Origin: Paragordius varius | Lineage: Eukaryota > Animalia > Nematomorpha | DNA: 64,000 nucleotides | Assembly (NCBI GenBank): GCA_964247055.1 | Contig: OZ176052.1 | Span: forward strand, 6,696,001 to 6,760,000 | Direction of reading: 5' to 3' | Shown here: positions 37,201 through 49,700 of the stretch, piece after piece | Layout of the letters: every line of letters starts with the position of its first letter | Position numbering within the stretch: the stretch's first letter is position 1 | Translations under genes and position numbers: made by a program | The notes under the pieces: model-generated | The model's database searches: none | The model's input: only the letters and a program-made list of their open reading frames with translations | Told to the model about the DNA's origin: nothing

Positions 37201-40200
37201 AGTTAATTTCATATTTTGTTAACGCGAAGTGCATTAAGGTCTTTTTAATATAGCAACTTTTCTTTTAGTTTTTCGCCATTATATGTTTGAACCCAAAATT
37301 TAAAATAGAAAAAGTAGTGTATGTTTTTATTTTTATCACCAAAAATAACTAATAATAAAATCATACTTTTCCGTCTATTAGTTTTGAAAATTTAGTTAAC
37401 AGTAGAGTTGTATAAAAGGAACCGATTTGTGAGAAAATTTAGTTGAGACGAAATACCACGCATGGCTTTTATTTGTAATTGCATATTTTATTAGTTTGGA
37501 ATGACGTTTTCATATAATTTTTGACCACTGTTATTTCGTTTTTATATTTTTAAGGGGTGTTTCTTATAACGATAGATTTTTAAAAGTTTTGAGTTTAATA
37601 ATAGACCTTAAACTGTTTATTCTCCCCAAAAAGAGGTAACCCTGTTTCACATCGCCCTTAATAAGCATCGGTTTTGTGAGTCTTTTGGTTGCAGATTTAA
37701 GACATCGTTTTTTACAATAAAACTTTCTATTTGGCGACCTATATAATTTTGAAGATTTGTGGATAAATTGACCATCCGATACGCCCAATATAGGGGTGGT
37801 TAATAATTACTGCGAATATAAGGAGATTTTTAAGTTACATTCGATAAGCGAAGTCATTTGTAATACAGTTACGAAAAATAAATTGGTCTATCGTTGCTTG
37901 ATTTTATCAAAGTAGTTTAACTTTACCTGGGGAATCTCAACGTTTTTGCTATTATAATTAACTTTAGCTATATATATATGTATATATTTTAATGAAATTT
38001 TAAAAAATATTAGTTTAATTGATTTTGTGACTTTTCCTTTTTATAGAAATATATTAATTTTAGGGCTATTAAAACTAACTAAAACGTTTACATTAATTTA
38101 TTAAACCATTTCCTAGTAAATATATAATCAGCCTCTTTTTTGTGCAAACCATTTTTGGGTTAATCGATTTTCTTAAAATTTTTATCTTTAATTCTGCATA
38201 ATGTTTTTTATGGGCATAGTCACCCAACGATTTTTTATTTCTTCACAACTAACATTTTAACCCTTTTTTTCTATCCCACTAATGTTAATTGATGTAATTT
38301 TTAATTTATAATTTTATTATGGATTTTTTTATTTCTTTACAAAATTCATCTTTGCATCAATGATTAGCGCTGTGTACATACCTATTCGACATCAATCATT
38401 ATTACATGTGTTTGTTAAAGGCGTGATGGTATAGTAGGTAGGGTGCCGGACTTTTACACTAAGTGGGTGGAGTGGCAGAGCTGGAACCCCGAAACTGCAG
38501 AATTTATATCATCACTGTCAGCCCTGGGCAAGCGAGTATTAAGGCTTTCAAGTGAACTCTAGTCCTTACCCTTTAATAAAAAAGGAAACATAAGATTTCA
38601 AATTGTAATTTAATACATATGTTTGTAGACATTGATCTTTCCATATTCTTCCCATACGTCAGTTTATCTAAATCTCCGCCAATCCCACCCTACAAAAGTT
38701 TACATGAAACAAAAAAACCACAAAGTCACGGGCAAAATCATTTAGATACCACAAACTTTGATGAATTAAATTTCGATGCCAAAACACCTGACAATTACGA
38801 TGACTATTATGATGATGTGGAATTTGAAAAGGATTTAATAATTCCAAATCATATCGGCACAAAAATCAGATTGCAAGACCCTGTAGTATCGGTTAAAAAA
38901 GCTATCATAGATTCTCATTTGGAAGATATTGTGGATGAACAGCAAGCCACTTTGTTACAAAGATCGTTGAACAAAGCCAAAAGCTTAATCATTAATTCGG
39001 ATCATATAAACACATTTGTTAACGGTGTTAAATCTAGAGTTGCGACAAAACGACAAAATTTTAACAAAGATGATGTATTAACCATGTTAAGTGTAATTTT
39101 TTCCTTTGTATTTGTACTTGGGGGAGGATACTTTATGGCATATCTTGTGTAAGAATTTTAATTTATTTTTAAAATATTGCGCTTAATATATTATTATTTT
39201 TGATGATAAATTATTTAGTTTTGTTTTATAAATTACAAGAGGCCTAAACTTTTGTAATAGAGTTATATCAATATTCCGACACAAATAATTTACATTAATT
39301 TCAATTTTCTATGCTAAGATATTAAATGTTTTAATACCATTTTAAAGTTAGCGGATTTTAATATCCTATTAGATTAAAAAATTCTTAATGATAGAAATTA
39401 TGGTCCTTGCATTTCATTTCATAGTTTGGATGAATATTATTTTTTATCGTTTTAAATAGTTTTACATTAAAAACATTGATGGCTAATTGAAGTTGTGTGA
39501 GGCTGACATTTAATCACATAATGTCCAATTAGAGATTAATTATTGTTTGTAAATCAATGACTTTCTACTATAAGAAAAATATTTTTTATCTTGATAGCCA
39601 GGCTAGTTTTTCGTTTTTTGATTAATCTTGATATGTTATATGTGCATGAATTATTATTTCTTGGAATGATTTGTAACTCACGTTCGAAAAAATTGATTCA
39701 TAATACATATCAATCTATAAATAAATATATTTCGCTTTATGTTTGAAAGATTGGTAAAAATAATGCGTTATAATGTATTTCTTGGTAAATTACAGTTCAA
39801 TTTTCAATAAGTTTATTTTTATTCATATTTCATTCATTTTTTCCGAAAATATAATCGTCAGAAGTTTTTCTCTTTTTTTCTTAGAATTTATTGAGTTAAA
39901 AATCTATATATAATGCATTTTATTGCAAAATTTAATCATATCCCTTTTAAAACAAAACTTTATTTTATCTCTAACCCCTACAACGATTTCTTATTAAATT
40001 ATAATACAGTAAAGTTGAAGAGGATAAAGTAGCCGAAGAAATTAGAGCACATCCGATCAAATTGCCAAACAGGTAAAATTTTTTAATATTTTTTTAATAA
40101 CACAACAAACAGTATTTTTTTCCAAAAAATTGGTTATATTTATGAAATTATTATTTAGTTGTTTGATTACTAATTTTAAACTATATTTTTTATGTTATAC

Positions 40201-43200
40201 ATATGCAAATAAAGGTAAATTGATTTCAATATTGAATCTTCTAAACGAAAATAATTGTAATTGATATCTTTTAAATAACAATCCTTGTTACTCACCAAAA
40301 TATTTTATTGCCCATAGAAATACAAATTTTAAATTTTAATAATTAGAATCATTAACCACGATATGATATTTCATGAGCTTAAACCCGGCACCTACAATGC
40401 CTTAGTTCGTTTGCTTAAACCAGGTTGTAGGACCATACTCATTTTCCTCGATGAGGATACAAAGGATCAATTGTTGGAAAATTTTTCACGCATCCTATAT
40501 CCCTATCGAAAGTAAAACCTTTTTTTTCATGCAAAAATACTAGCGAAAAAGAAATGTATTCTATCAAATAGTTATTATTTTTTTACCTAATGAAAGCTAT
40601 TAATATTACATTAAGATTAATTAAATATACGGATGTCATGCGCTTATTTGATATTTTATTATTTCTGTTTTCTAAGGACTAACTACCTTTCACAATCGCA
40701 AACTTTATTGAGTTGAATAACTGTATTTAGTAAAAGTATGCAATCATATGTTATAATGAACCATATAAATTTCAAATTATTGTAAAAGGCTGATACTATT
40801 TGTAATTTATTATAAATTCACTATTTAATGATTAAAGGAACGTGAGCCTGATGTTTGGATTTGTTATGATTGGCAAATATTTGTCATGGTATAGGAGATT
40901 ACTTTTACAGGTAAAATATAATCCCACTTAGTCAATATTTCATTAAAAACTGATTTTACTATTATCTAAATGCTAATTTATTACCACAAGTTTGGTTATT
41001 ATGACTTTTCGTGCAAATTTAAACGCATATTAAAGAAAATTATAATTGTTATGTTATAATGTTTTTTAAACATTATTTTAAACAACCATCAATAGGTAAT
41101 AGGGTATGGAAGAAAACTTGAAATAAACCCAAAAAATTGTGTTGGAACTGTGCTGGTTGTCAATGGTTATCGTAAATATTATTGCATTTTCCACGCTCGT
41201 CATTATGAAGCTTCCTTTAAGAACTCCATCTCTTCATTATCCATTTCTTCCGATAATCCTAGTTTTGGTAACTTTTATATAAATTATTTTGTACTTTTAT
41301 ATATTTGCCGCAAAAAAATATTTTATTAAATAAATGCTATAAATATTTTTTAAAATTTAATTGTAATACAAATCCTAAAGATACATGTTTAAATATTTTA
41401 TTCCTCATATTTTGCACAAATATTTTTAATAACTCTTAACCAAATTAATTGAAACGTTAATAAATTACCAAATTATACATTCGTCAAAAGTTATCTTTTT
41501 TCAAAAAATTGAATATATAATTTATCATATTTCACCTTAAATGTTAAACAAATTCTAATTAAATAATTACGAATAATTTATGTGTGTATCAGTCATTTTT
41601 TAGTTTACATTTATTATTTAGATTTAGAAGATCATCACTTTAAATTTACCAGCGTATTTTGGAGTGCTGTTTGATACATTTCCTTTTAACTTTATTTTAA
41701 ACAGACTACGATTTAGATGGAGAGGGGCTTTCATCTCGCATCAATGGGAGATCTGATTCCGATTGTAACATAAAAAAACGGGTTGATAAATGCGACAATG
41801 ATGGTAAGAGGTTGGATACAACCAGTAATTTGCACAAAAAAATGAGCTTTAAATCGAGTCTTAGTCCCTTCAAACTTTTACGTGTACGCTTATTGAGTAA
41901 CCTTAACAATGGCGTGAATAATAACTCACAAAACTTAAATGTGAGCGCCACTGACCCATTTGGATCCTATGACCTGCCTCAAGAATTGGTTTCTTTAGAG
42001 ACATTGATGCCCGAAGTTTGTGGGATGGCTGTTGAATCAAAAAACGCAAATAGGGAAAAAGACATCTCCAAAAGTATTTTTTATTCAATTATTTTTCACA
42101 AAACCAATTTATATATGGTTACTTTATTACCCTTTTTATATAACAATTAAATACTAAGCAGGGGAAAACTTAGATTACCAAATATATACAGAGGGTTATA
42201 GATTTGTTTTTTCATTATCCCATCAACGTCTTTCACACACGGGAAAAAAATATTGGTTACACTAAGCCTAAATTAAATTGCATTTTTACGCCCATTAGGT
42301 TAAATAAAAATAAATATGATTGGAAATAAAGCTATTTTTTTATGTAAAATAAAAAATGTTTCAAAGCAGAAGTTTGTTTTGGAAGATTAAAGATTTTTAA
42401 ATAAAAAACCTTAAACATAGCACTTAGGCATAATCCAGCCAAAATAATTCGTATGCAAAGCATTTAATTAAACTCGGCGATTAAATAATAGTTTTTGTTT
42501 CTATGAAATTTACATCAAGGCGGAAGCAGTGTGTAATATGGAGAAATTCTTATAAATATAGATGTTTGTCTCACACAATTCGGTGATTGATTCACAATTT
42601 AATCTGAGATAACCTTCGTGGCACTTATATTTACCATTATAACCCGATATTCAAAGCCTTTTTTATATTTGATTGCTTATGATTCAATACCAATACATAA
42701 ATTACTATTATAGTTGTAAATGCCAAAAGCATTAACGGTCTTAAGGATTATCACACGCCCCCACCCTCCTACTCCTCCCTTTACATGCTAACAGAAAACG
42801 ATTCAAATGGTGTTGCTACTACCAACCCGCAACAACCAACAATTATTATAAATGGGTATATAAAAACTATTTTTGTGCTTATTGTTGACAGAAATCATAC
42901 TAACAAAGGCTTAAAACATATGCTTATATAAAATTTAGAAAATAGCGATTACATACTTAATGTATAGGTTTTAATATCTATTGTATCTCCCACAAACAAA
43001 GATAAAAAAATAAAATCAACGGTATTATTAATTTTCAATATCCAAATTTTATCCTACACATATTGTACCATTATTTTTTATATTATTTTTCTTTCTAGGA
43101 CCAATTTTAGTGATACTAATCTCACTATAATTCCTGAAAAATCTAGTGGTGCGTTAGCTAAAACCAATCAGAATACCGAAAACCTTGAACATTCACATGA

Positions 43201-43693
43201 ACTAACTTTTTTGGATGCGCCAACACCTAATCGACATTCATCAATCATCAGTGACAAGTCGGGTAGCTTAACGTTATCATCGCCCATTTTACCATTACCG
43301 TTTAACTCGGGGAATACCACGTCTCCAGCTAAAAGTTTACTTTGCATAGAACGCGGTACTCCATACGCAAGTCCTTCCTCCAGTGTTAAACATATTGCGC
43401 CTATAAATTCGATGGCCGATAATGGTACTACATTTTCCGAGGATTTAAATCAAAACCATGAATTTTCCATTGATACTAGGGATAATCAAAAACGATGTAT
43501 TAATCAAAATAATCAGCACCAGGTGACACCACCTAACACAAACCGCTCTCGACTTGAAAATGCTTCTTTGGCACCCAAGACAACAACTATAGCAGATCAA
43601 TTGCTTAAAGACTTCCCGGCTTGGTTAGATCGTTTGTTTGAAGGGAACGTGCAGCGCTATTACATTGAATATTGGCCACCTATGAAAATTTAA
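34230..43693 (+). CDS. DNAJC16: DNAJC16/ERdj8-like thioredoxin-fold single-pass membrane protein without a J-domain, 13 exons, about 1495 aa
   Basis: Exons 34230-34352, 34379-34431, 34454-34584, 34608-36563, 36595-36720, 38629-39148, 40010-40072, 40347-40511, 40838-40910, 41096-41267, 41705-42073, 42714-42855, 43099-43693; 4488 nt, phase-consistent. Signal peptide, CxxC (CMFC), TM MLSVIFSFVFVLGGGYFMAYLV, and DNAJC16-type motifs HEL...YNALVRLLKPGCRTIL, LMFG, INPKNCVGTVL..NGYRKYYC, WLDRLFEGNVQRYYIEYWP. The symbol denotes family; orthology is untested. Confidence 0.8.
36820..37090. mobile_element. Palindromic MITE with repeated subterminal units of about 19 bp
   Basis: AATTTAAATTCACCCTTGAACAATTCAAATTCACCCTAAAA on the left is mirrored by TTTTAGGGTAAATTTGAATTGTTCAAGGGTGAATTTAAATT on the right. 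Confidence 0.75.
38420..38590 (+). mobile_element. tRNA-derived SINE, most complete copy
   Basis: Head GGCGTGATGGTATAGTAGGTAGGGTGCCGGAC with box A-like TGGTATAGTAGG and a degenerate box B-like GCTGGAACCCC. The body and A-rich tail are repeated at 14203-14330 and 11038-11195. Confidence 0.65.
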
Positions 43694-43974
43694 TGATAGA
43701 TTCACACTTTTTATTCATTTTTATATATTATATTGTTGCAAAATGATGTACGTTTAAATTAGTATCTGCTTAATAGATTAATATGTGTTATATAGTGATA
43801 ACATAGTCATTTAATTTTTTATACTATAACCAAAGATATGGCATTATAATAGCATTTTCTAATTGTGCAATATATTTATTTATATTTTAACATCGTATTG
43901 TAATTTTTCATAAATAAATATATTTACATTTACCTGTAATTAATAGGGCTATAACGTTTTGATTTACGATTTTA

Positions 43975-44240
43975 ATAATTAACACTTAAATACACACATT
44001 CATTTCAGTCCTCTGATTCGATTTGGGGTCTTTGGGGATCCCAGGCTATTAAAATCAAATATTCTTTAATATGGAATAGATTGAAACATTGCAAAAATAC
44101 ATTTTTATATCATTAATGCACTCAAATATAAAAAATTTCATCAATAAACTTGATATTACTTATTTTATGGGAAACCTCAAGGTAAAAATTTAGCCAACAT
44201 GAAATGTTTCTATTACCTAAATTAAAATAATGCAAAATAA
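43975..44240 (+). repeat. Dispersed repeat, direct copy of about 22400-22670
   Basis: Same co-linear blocks as 22400-22670. Confidence 0.7.
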
Positions 44241-44937
44241 ACCCTTTTTTGTTTATATTAATATTAGAACGGATTTAAATAAAGAGTTAGTTTTTATATT
44301 AGTGTTAAAATCAAAACACGATAATTTGTAAAATATTGTAAAACAATGGCATCGAAGTAGATTGATGTGGAAAAAAAAACTCTGAACAACAATGAGAATA
44401 TTGAAAAATATATTATTTCATTACAAAACAATTTTTATTCATATTTTTAATCCTTATATTACTAATCTAATTTTTTAAAATTTAATTTTATGAAGTGGAT
44501 ACCATGTACAATTTAATAGCAAATTAATAATAACAAATCACAACTATCGATTACATCAAGTAGCAATCTTTCTCAGAATAAAAATAAATGAATGAAATAT
44601 AATCTGTATGTAATGCTGTAATAAAATGCATAAATTAGTTTTTGATAAGATATAAAGTTATAAATGGCATCCAGATAATTTTTCATTCATTCATTTTGAT
44701 TTACTTTATAACGATTTCCCGTTTGTATCGAAACTATGTGATTTTATCATTTTTAATTTGATATTTTAATAAGTAGTTTAGTATTTAAATTATTAAATTA
44801 GACTCAGTCATTAATATATAAAAAATACATTGTAATACGTTAGCATTTGTCAAGATGTATAACGGTTTAATTTGAAAATATTTGGGAAGTAATTATAAGC
44901 GCGATAGATTTTCAAAGAATGAAGGATAGGTCTAAAG

Positions 44938-46560
44938 CAGGGCTACTTAAACTATGGGTCGCAACCTCATTTGGGGTCGCGTAGAAAAATTATGGGGTCG
45001 TGAGTGATAAAAATACAATTTATCATCTAGATAAAGATATCATAAAATCTTCAGGTTCGGAATGACTGTTTATACCAGCATTTCTATTTCGATCATTATA
45101 ATCTATATATTTATAAAAATGGAAAATGCTGACTTTGTGATCTGTTTCCGGAAAACCGGTAGACCCATTCAAATCCAAATGTCAAACAAATATAATTTTA
45201 ATGAATGCCCCGAAAATATTTTCGCCCTTTTTTGAATTAGGCTCTCAGTTCGGGCGTATCCCGTGTAAAAAACGAGTTTTTTAAAAACAGAAGTCCAGAA
45301 AAATCGTGTTTTTCAGACAATTTTCCGGAAAAGCTGTACCATTCGATTTCAAATATGATTATTTTTACTTTTTTATTGCGCCGAACCTAGTGGGCTTACT
45401 TTTTAATTTAGGCTCTCTTTTTACCCGTTCCCCCGTAAAATCCCATTTTTTTCAAAAAAAACTAAATAATCTTTTGCCCAGGGTATGAGACCGTAACACT
45501 GAGGATTCGAGTTATTCTCTGTTAAAAGGCAAAATTAGTCTTGCGTTTTTTTAATATTGGCTGCTGGTAAACAGATAGCCGCTAAAACTGCGTCACTATA
45601 TAGAAATCGCGTTGTTTTGGAGCTTACAGAAAATTTGTGAAGCCATAACTTATTAAAAGCTCGAAATATTACCCGTAACTAGGTAAAAATTAAGGTCGGG
45701 GTTTTTTATTAGGCGTTAATTAAGGACCTTTATGCCCTAAAACGCCATCATATAACGATTATTTATTGTTGTATTTTTTCGAATATCCCATGAGACGATG
45801 GTATCAAAGATGATTCCAAATATTTGCCTTATAAAGGAAAAGAATTTAACTCAGCGCTTTTTCCATATAGGTTTATGGGTAGGGATCTACCGATTTAAAA
45901 CTGAGACATGCAAAATAGGCGTAGTTTTGAAGCTAATTTTCAAAAACTTAAGAAGCCATACGAGTTCAGTTAAACACATTTCTGGGGAATTTGTATAATA
46001 TCATTTTTTCCTTTAAAAAGGGATACTTTTTTATATCCCTTGATCCCGAACACAATTTCAAATTAGAACTTTTACCATGATTTCGCAAAACAAAAATCTT
46101 AAAATAAATCCAATGATAGTTGATTATTAACTTTAATAAGGAACAGAATATGGTTAATTTCGAGTAAACAGTATTTCACTATGAAAAAACCCGTAAAAGA
46201 ATAATTAAAGACATTCTTTTTATTAAATATGTTTATTATTTTTTTTTATCTCCATTAACTATTTACTGCAAATTATTAAGAATAATTATCGGTGAGACTA
46301 CGCCACACCGAAGCCTGACAGGACCAACTAGTATCTTGTATAAATTTTCTATGAATCAGAAAATGTTATAGAATTTTTAAAAAATGTAAATTTATTTTTG
46401 TCAATCTCTCAAAACCGAAACAAATTTGATAAATATTATCAACAAAATTTCTAAGTGTTATTTCGAATAAACTATTATTTTTCTTTTATATTTGTTGGGG
46501 TCGTTAAGAAACTCGCAATCATAAATGGGGTCGGGAACTACAAAAGTTTAAGAAGTCCTG
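44938..46560. mobile_element. Non-autonomous hAT (Charlie-like) element with a nested Helitron
   Basis: TIRs CAGGGCTACTTAAACT and AGTTTAAGAAGTCCTG. Perfect TSD GTCTAAAG at 44930-44937 and 46561-46568. GGGGTCG subterminal motifs at both ends. Confidence 0.9.
45102..46331 (+). mobile_element. Non-autonomous Helitron-like element
   Basis: A|TCTATATATTTATAAAA start. Hairpins TCGGTG...CACCGA and CCTG-A-CAGG precede CTAG|T. Inserted between A and T with no TSD. Confidence 0.75.
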
Positions 46561-46736
46561 GTCTAAAGGGAAATACTCCGTATACAAACCTAAATTATCA
46601 GTAAATGGTATCGAAGGTTATGACACACAATTTATTGAATTGAATTGTAAAACAAGCATTTTTCGTTAAATAATTTAATTGAAAATTTAAAAACAAAGAC
46701 AATATTGCAAACAGAATAATAGTAAACTCTAATGTT

Positions 46737-49700
46737 TTACGAGTTCTCAAGTAGATAAATTATTTTATACCATGCATCATGGATCATAACAATAAAATAA
46801 AACACAGTTCCAAAAATAAGTGTAGAAATAATTTTTATAAGTGGTTTATAGCCAAGTTCAGAGAAAACAACATATACGATGATAGAAAGTAGGTAGATTA
46901 AAACAATCACGATACTGTATGTCCTTAATGAAATGATTCTTGCAGTATCATTTGTTACTATATTCTTGATGTTTTCTTGTTGATTTTTCTTGGTTGCTGT
47001 GGATGAGAAATTTTTTGATACTTTATTTGAGATACTCGCTTTATTCGTGTGGCTTTCTGGGCTAATAGGGGACATCGAACTAAGTTTTGAACTTTTTTGG
47101 TTGGATAAATTTCTTTCTGAGTTTCGAAATCTGGGAAATAAATTATGCCATTGGGTTGGAAACACCCGTCCGATCTTCATATTAAACCATAAACATATGG
47201 ATACAATTGATATGTCAAAGATGACTTGAAAGATAAGGTAATTACTATCATTAGAATTTGGGGAACAAAATTTTAAAACTGTTAATTTGTAAATTATGGC
47301 ACTTTTTTTATTTCTGGAATCTTGCATATTCTCAATGAGCTTTATCATTTTGGGACGATGTGCTATATGACGATTCATCTGCATTACTTTAAAATTTTCG
47401 AGGTATGCCAAATTCGTATGGCCAAATATCGCAAATAATGATAAACCCAAAATCTAAATATATTAATATATTGTTTAAAAGTACAATTTTTAAAAATATA
47501 GTTAGTTTAATTTAAGCGTTACAGAACTATTTGTATAATAGTAAAAATATATAAATCATAATTTTATAATATATTATTATTAAATTTAGCTTATGATTTG
47601 ATGAATAAGTTAATATAAATTATGGTTTGGATGAATAAATATATTAAATTAAAAATTTCAATAAATGCTTTTAAAAGGGTTTATTAACCCTTTTTAACCA
47701 AAAGATATGGAAATATTGAGGCAAATCAGTTTATAAAGAAATAACCTAGCGACACTTAATGATATATTTTATGAAAAATTAAATTTAACTTAATATCCTA
47801 ATTGTAGAAGGAAAGGGTTTATAATGGGTGTTTAATGTCTTGCATAATATACTGATCATAGAGATTTATTTCATAGTCAAATTTTAAACGTTTAGACTTG
47901 ATTTTTTAGATATAGTCAATGCTTTCAGAATAAAATTCTGGGTGTCACACACCGTATAAGAGAAATAAATGCAAACTAAAAAAATAGCTGTATTTAGTAT
48001 TAACATTTTTAACTAAAAGACGCTTATTTATTTCTTATGTATTAACATGCGAAACTTTACAAGACCTAAACAATTGAACTTAAAAAAGTAAAATTTTAAA
48101 TGTTTCTATGGTTTCACTAAAATCATCTGGATAAGAATTTAGAAACTAAAATAGCCATAAAACTGATGTATATTTTTTAATTTTCTCAGAGTTACTTTAT
48201 ATTTATAAAAAAACTGGTCAAACATTTTTTGGTGTGCAGATGTAACTCGTGCTGTTAAATGAGAGAAATATTTGAAAGCCCTAAAAATAATTCACTAAAA
48301 ATTCTAACGATTATAAGATATAATATACGGGTATATTTATATTTAACTATTAACAACCATAAGTTTTCTCGCTTTATAAAATGTTTACTAAATGTACTAA
48401 TTAGAAAATTGACAATAGTATCGTTATTTGATGTAGTTTTAAAAACCTTTCCAGATTTTTTAAGATGATTTTTTTCAAAATTAGCGAAAGCATACGGTTG
48501 CACTAAAAATTAAAACGGTTGTTTTTTTACATTTTGGTTTTTGCATTTATTTTACTTATATGGCTCGTAATCCCTAATTTTTTTCAAAATTTAAAAGCCC
48601 ATTATTGATTTTTTTTGAATTTAGTCTCCCAAAACGCACAAACCGTGGTTTTTTTACACATAAATATATCCTAAAAAATTAATGCATAAATCCATGCCTC
48701 ATATCATCGCGGTCATTTTAACCAAAATTATGAAAATTAATATCAAGTTATAAATACGTTAACCTAATAAACATCCATATTTGTAAAATTATAATCATCA
48801 CATTTGCTTCATTTAAAAATTTATATTTTGGTCGAATTTCTAATTCGGTACATTTCATACTGTGGTTAATCATTTTTTAATTTGATTGGATTGTTAACAA
48901 AAAGTTGATATTTAATGTTTGGTCTTTGTTGTTTTTAAACCAACTATCTATTCTTTTGGTCTACATCCATTGATTAAATAATTACTTTTTTTCTACCCGT
49001 TACAAAAACAAATTACTTGAAAAATAATAATGGCCCATACTGCCCATACAAGGTTTTTGATATGATATTTTTTTCGCAAAACAAATCTTTTGTATATTTG
49101 ATGTAGTTGGGAAAACATAATGGCAAATATGGTTGTCGTACTGATTTGCCACAAATATTGTCCAATGTTACAGACGATAACATTATTACTGCTTAATAAG
49201 AAAAATATGCTTAAAAATCCTCCCAATATGGCCAAATATTTTAAATGGTAAAATACACGTATTTCAATTTTGAAAATAAGATTGTTATAGTTTCGAAAGT
49301 AGATAGCAGCCAAGACAATCCATATAAATATTCCAAAAGCATTTATGAAATATATAACGGCGGGCCAAAATTCTATTTGGTTGACACGAAATAATGGTAT
49401 AGGTGCACAATGTTTATTAAGCGTCCTATCATTATGATAATATCGCAAACTATGAGCACTATGCAGAAACTCTGGTAATAGTGATTTATCAATAATAATT
49501 ATAACAAAATGATTCCTGGTCCTTTGATACAATGTAACAATTTGATGTTTGCTAGGGAGAGGCCATGTAAAAATGGGACACATTTGGCAAGGTTCAGTAA
49601 TTGTGTTTGAGTTGTAATACGCTCGTAATGGACATGTGCGACAAACATGACAGCAGGTCATAGAGGTTGGTACCGTATATTCATAAGATTTGCATAATGG

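Noticed and set aside
38420-38495. tRNA gene
   Set aside because: No complete cloverleaf or canonical T-loop. It continues into a repeated body and tail, so it is treated as a SINE head.
41622-41663. Extra DNAJC16-like exon (DLEDHHFKFTS)
   Set aside because: The best donor has the wrong phase, and direct splicing 41267 to 41705 already preserves the frame.
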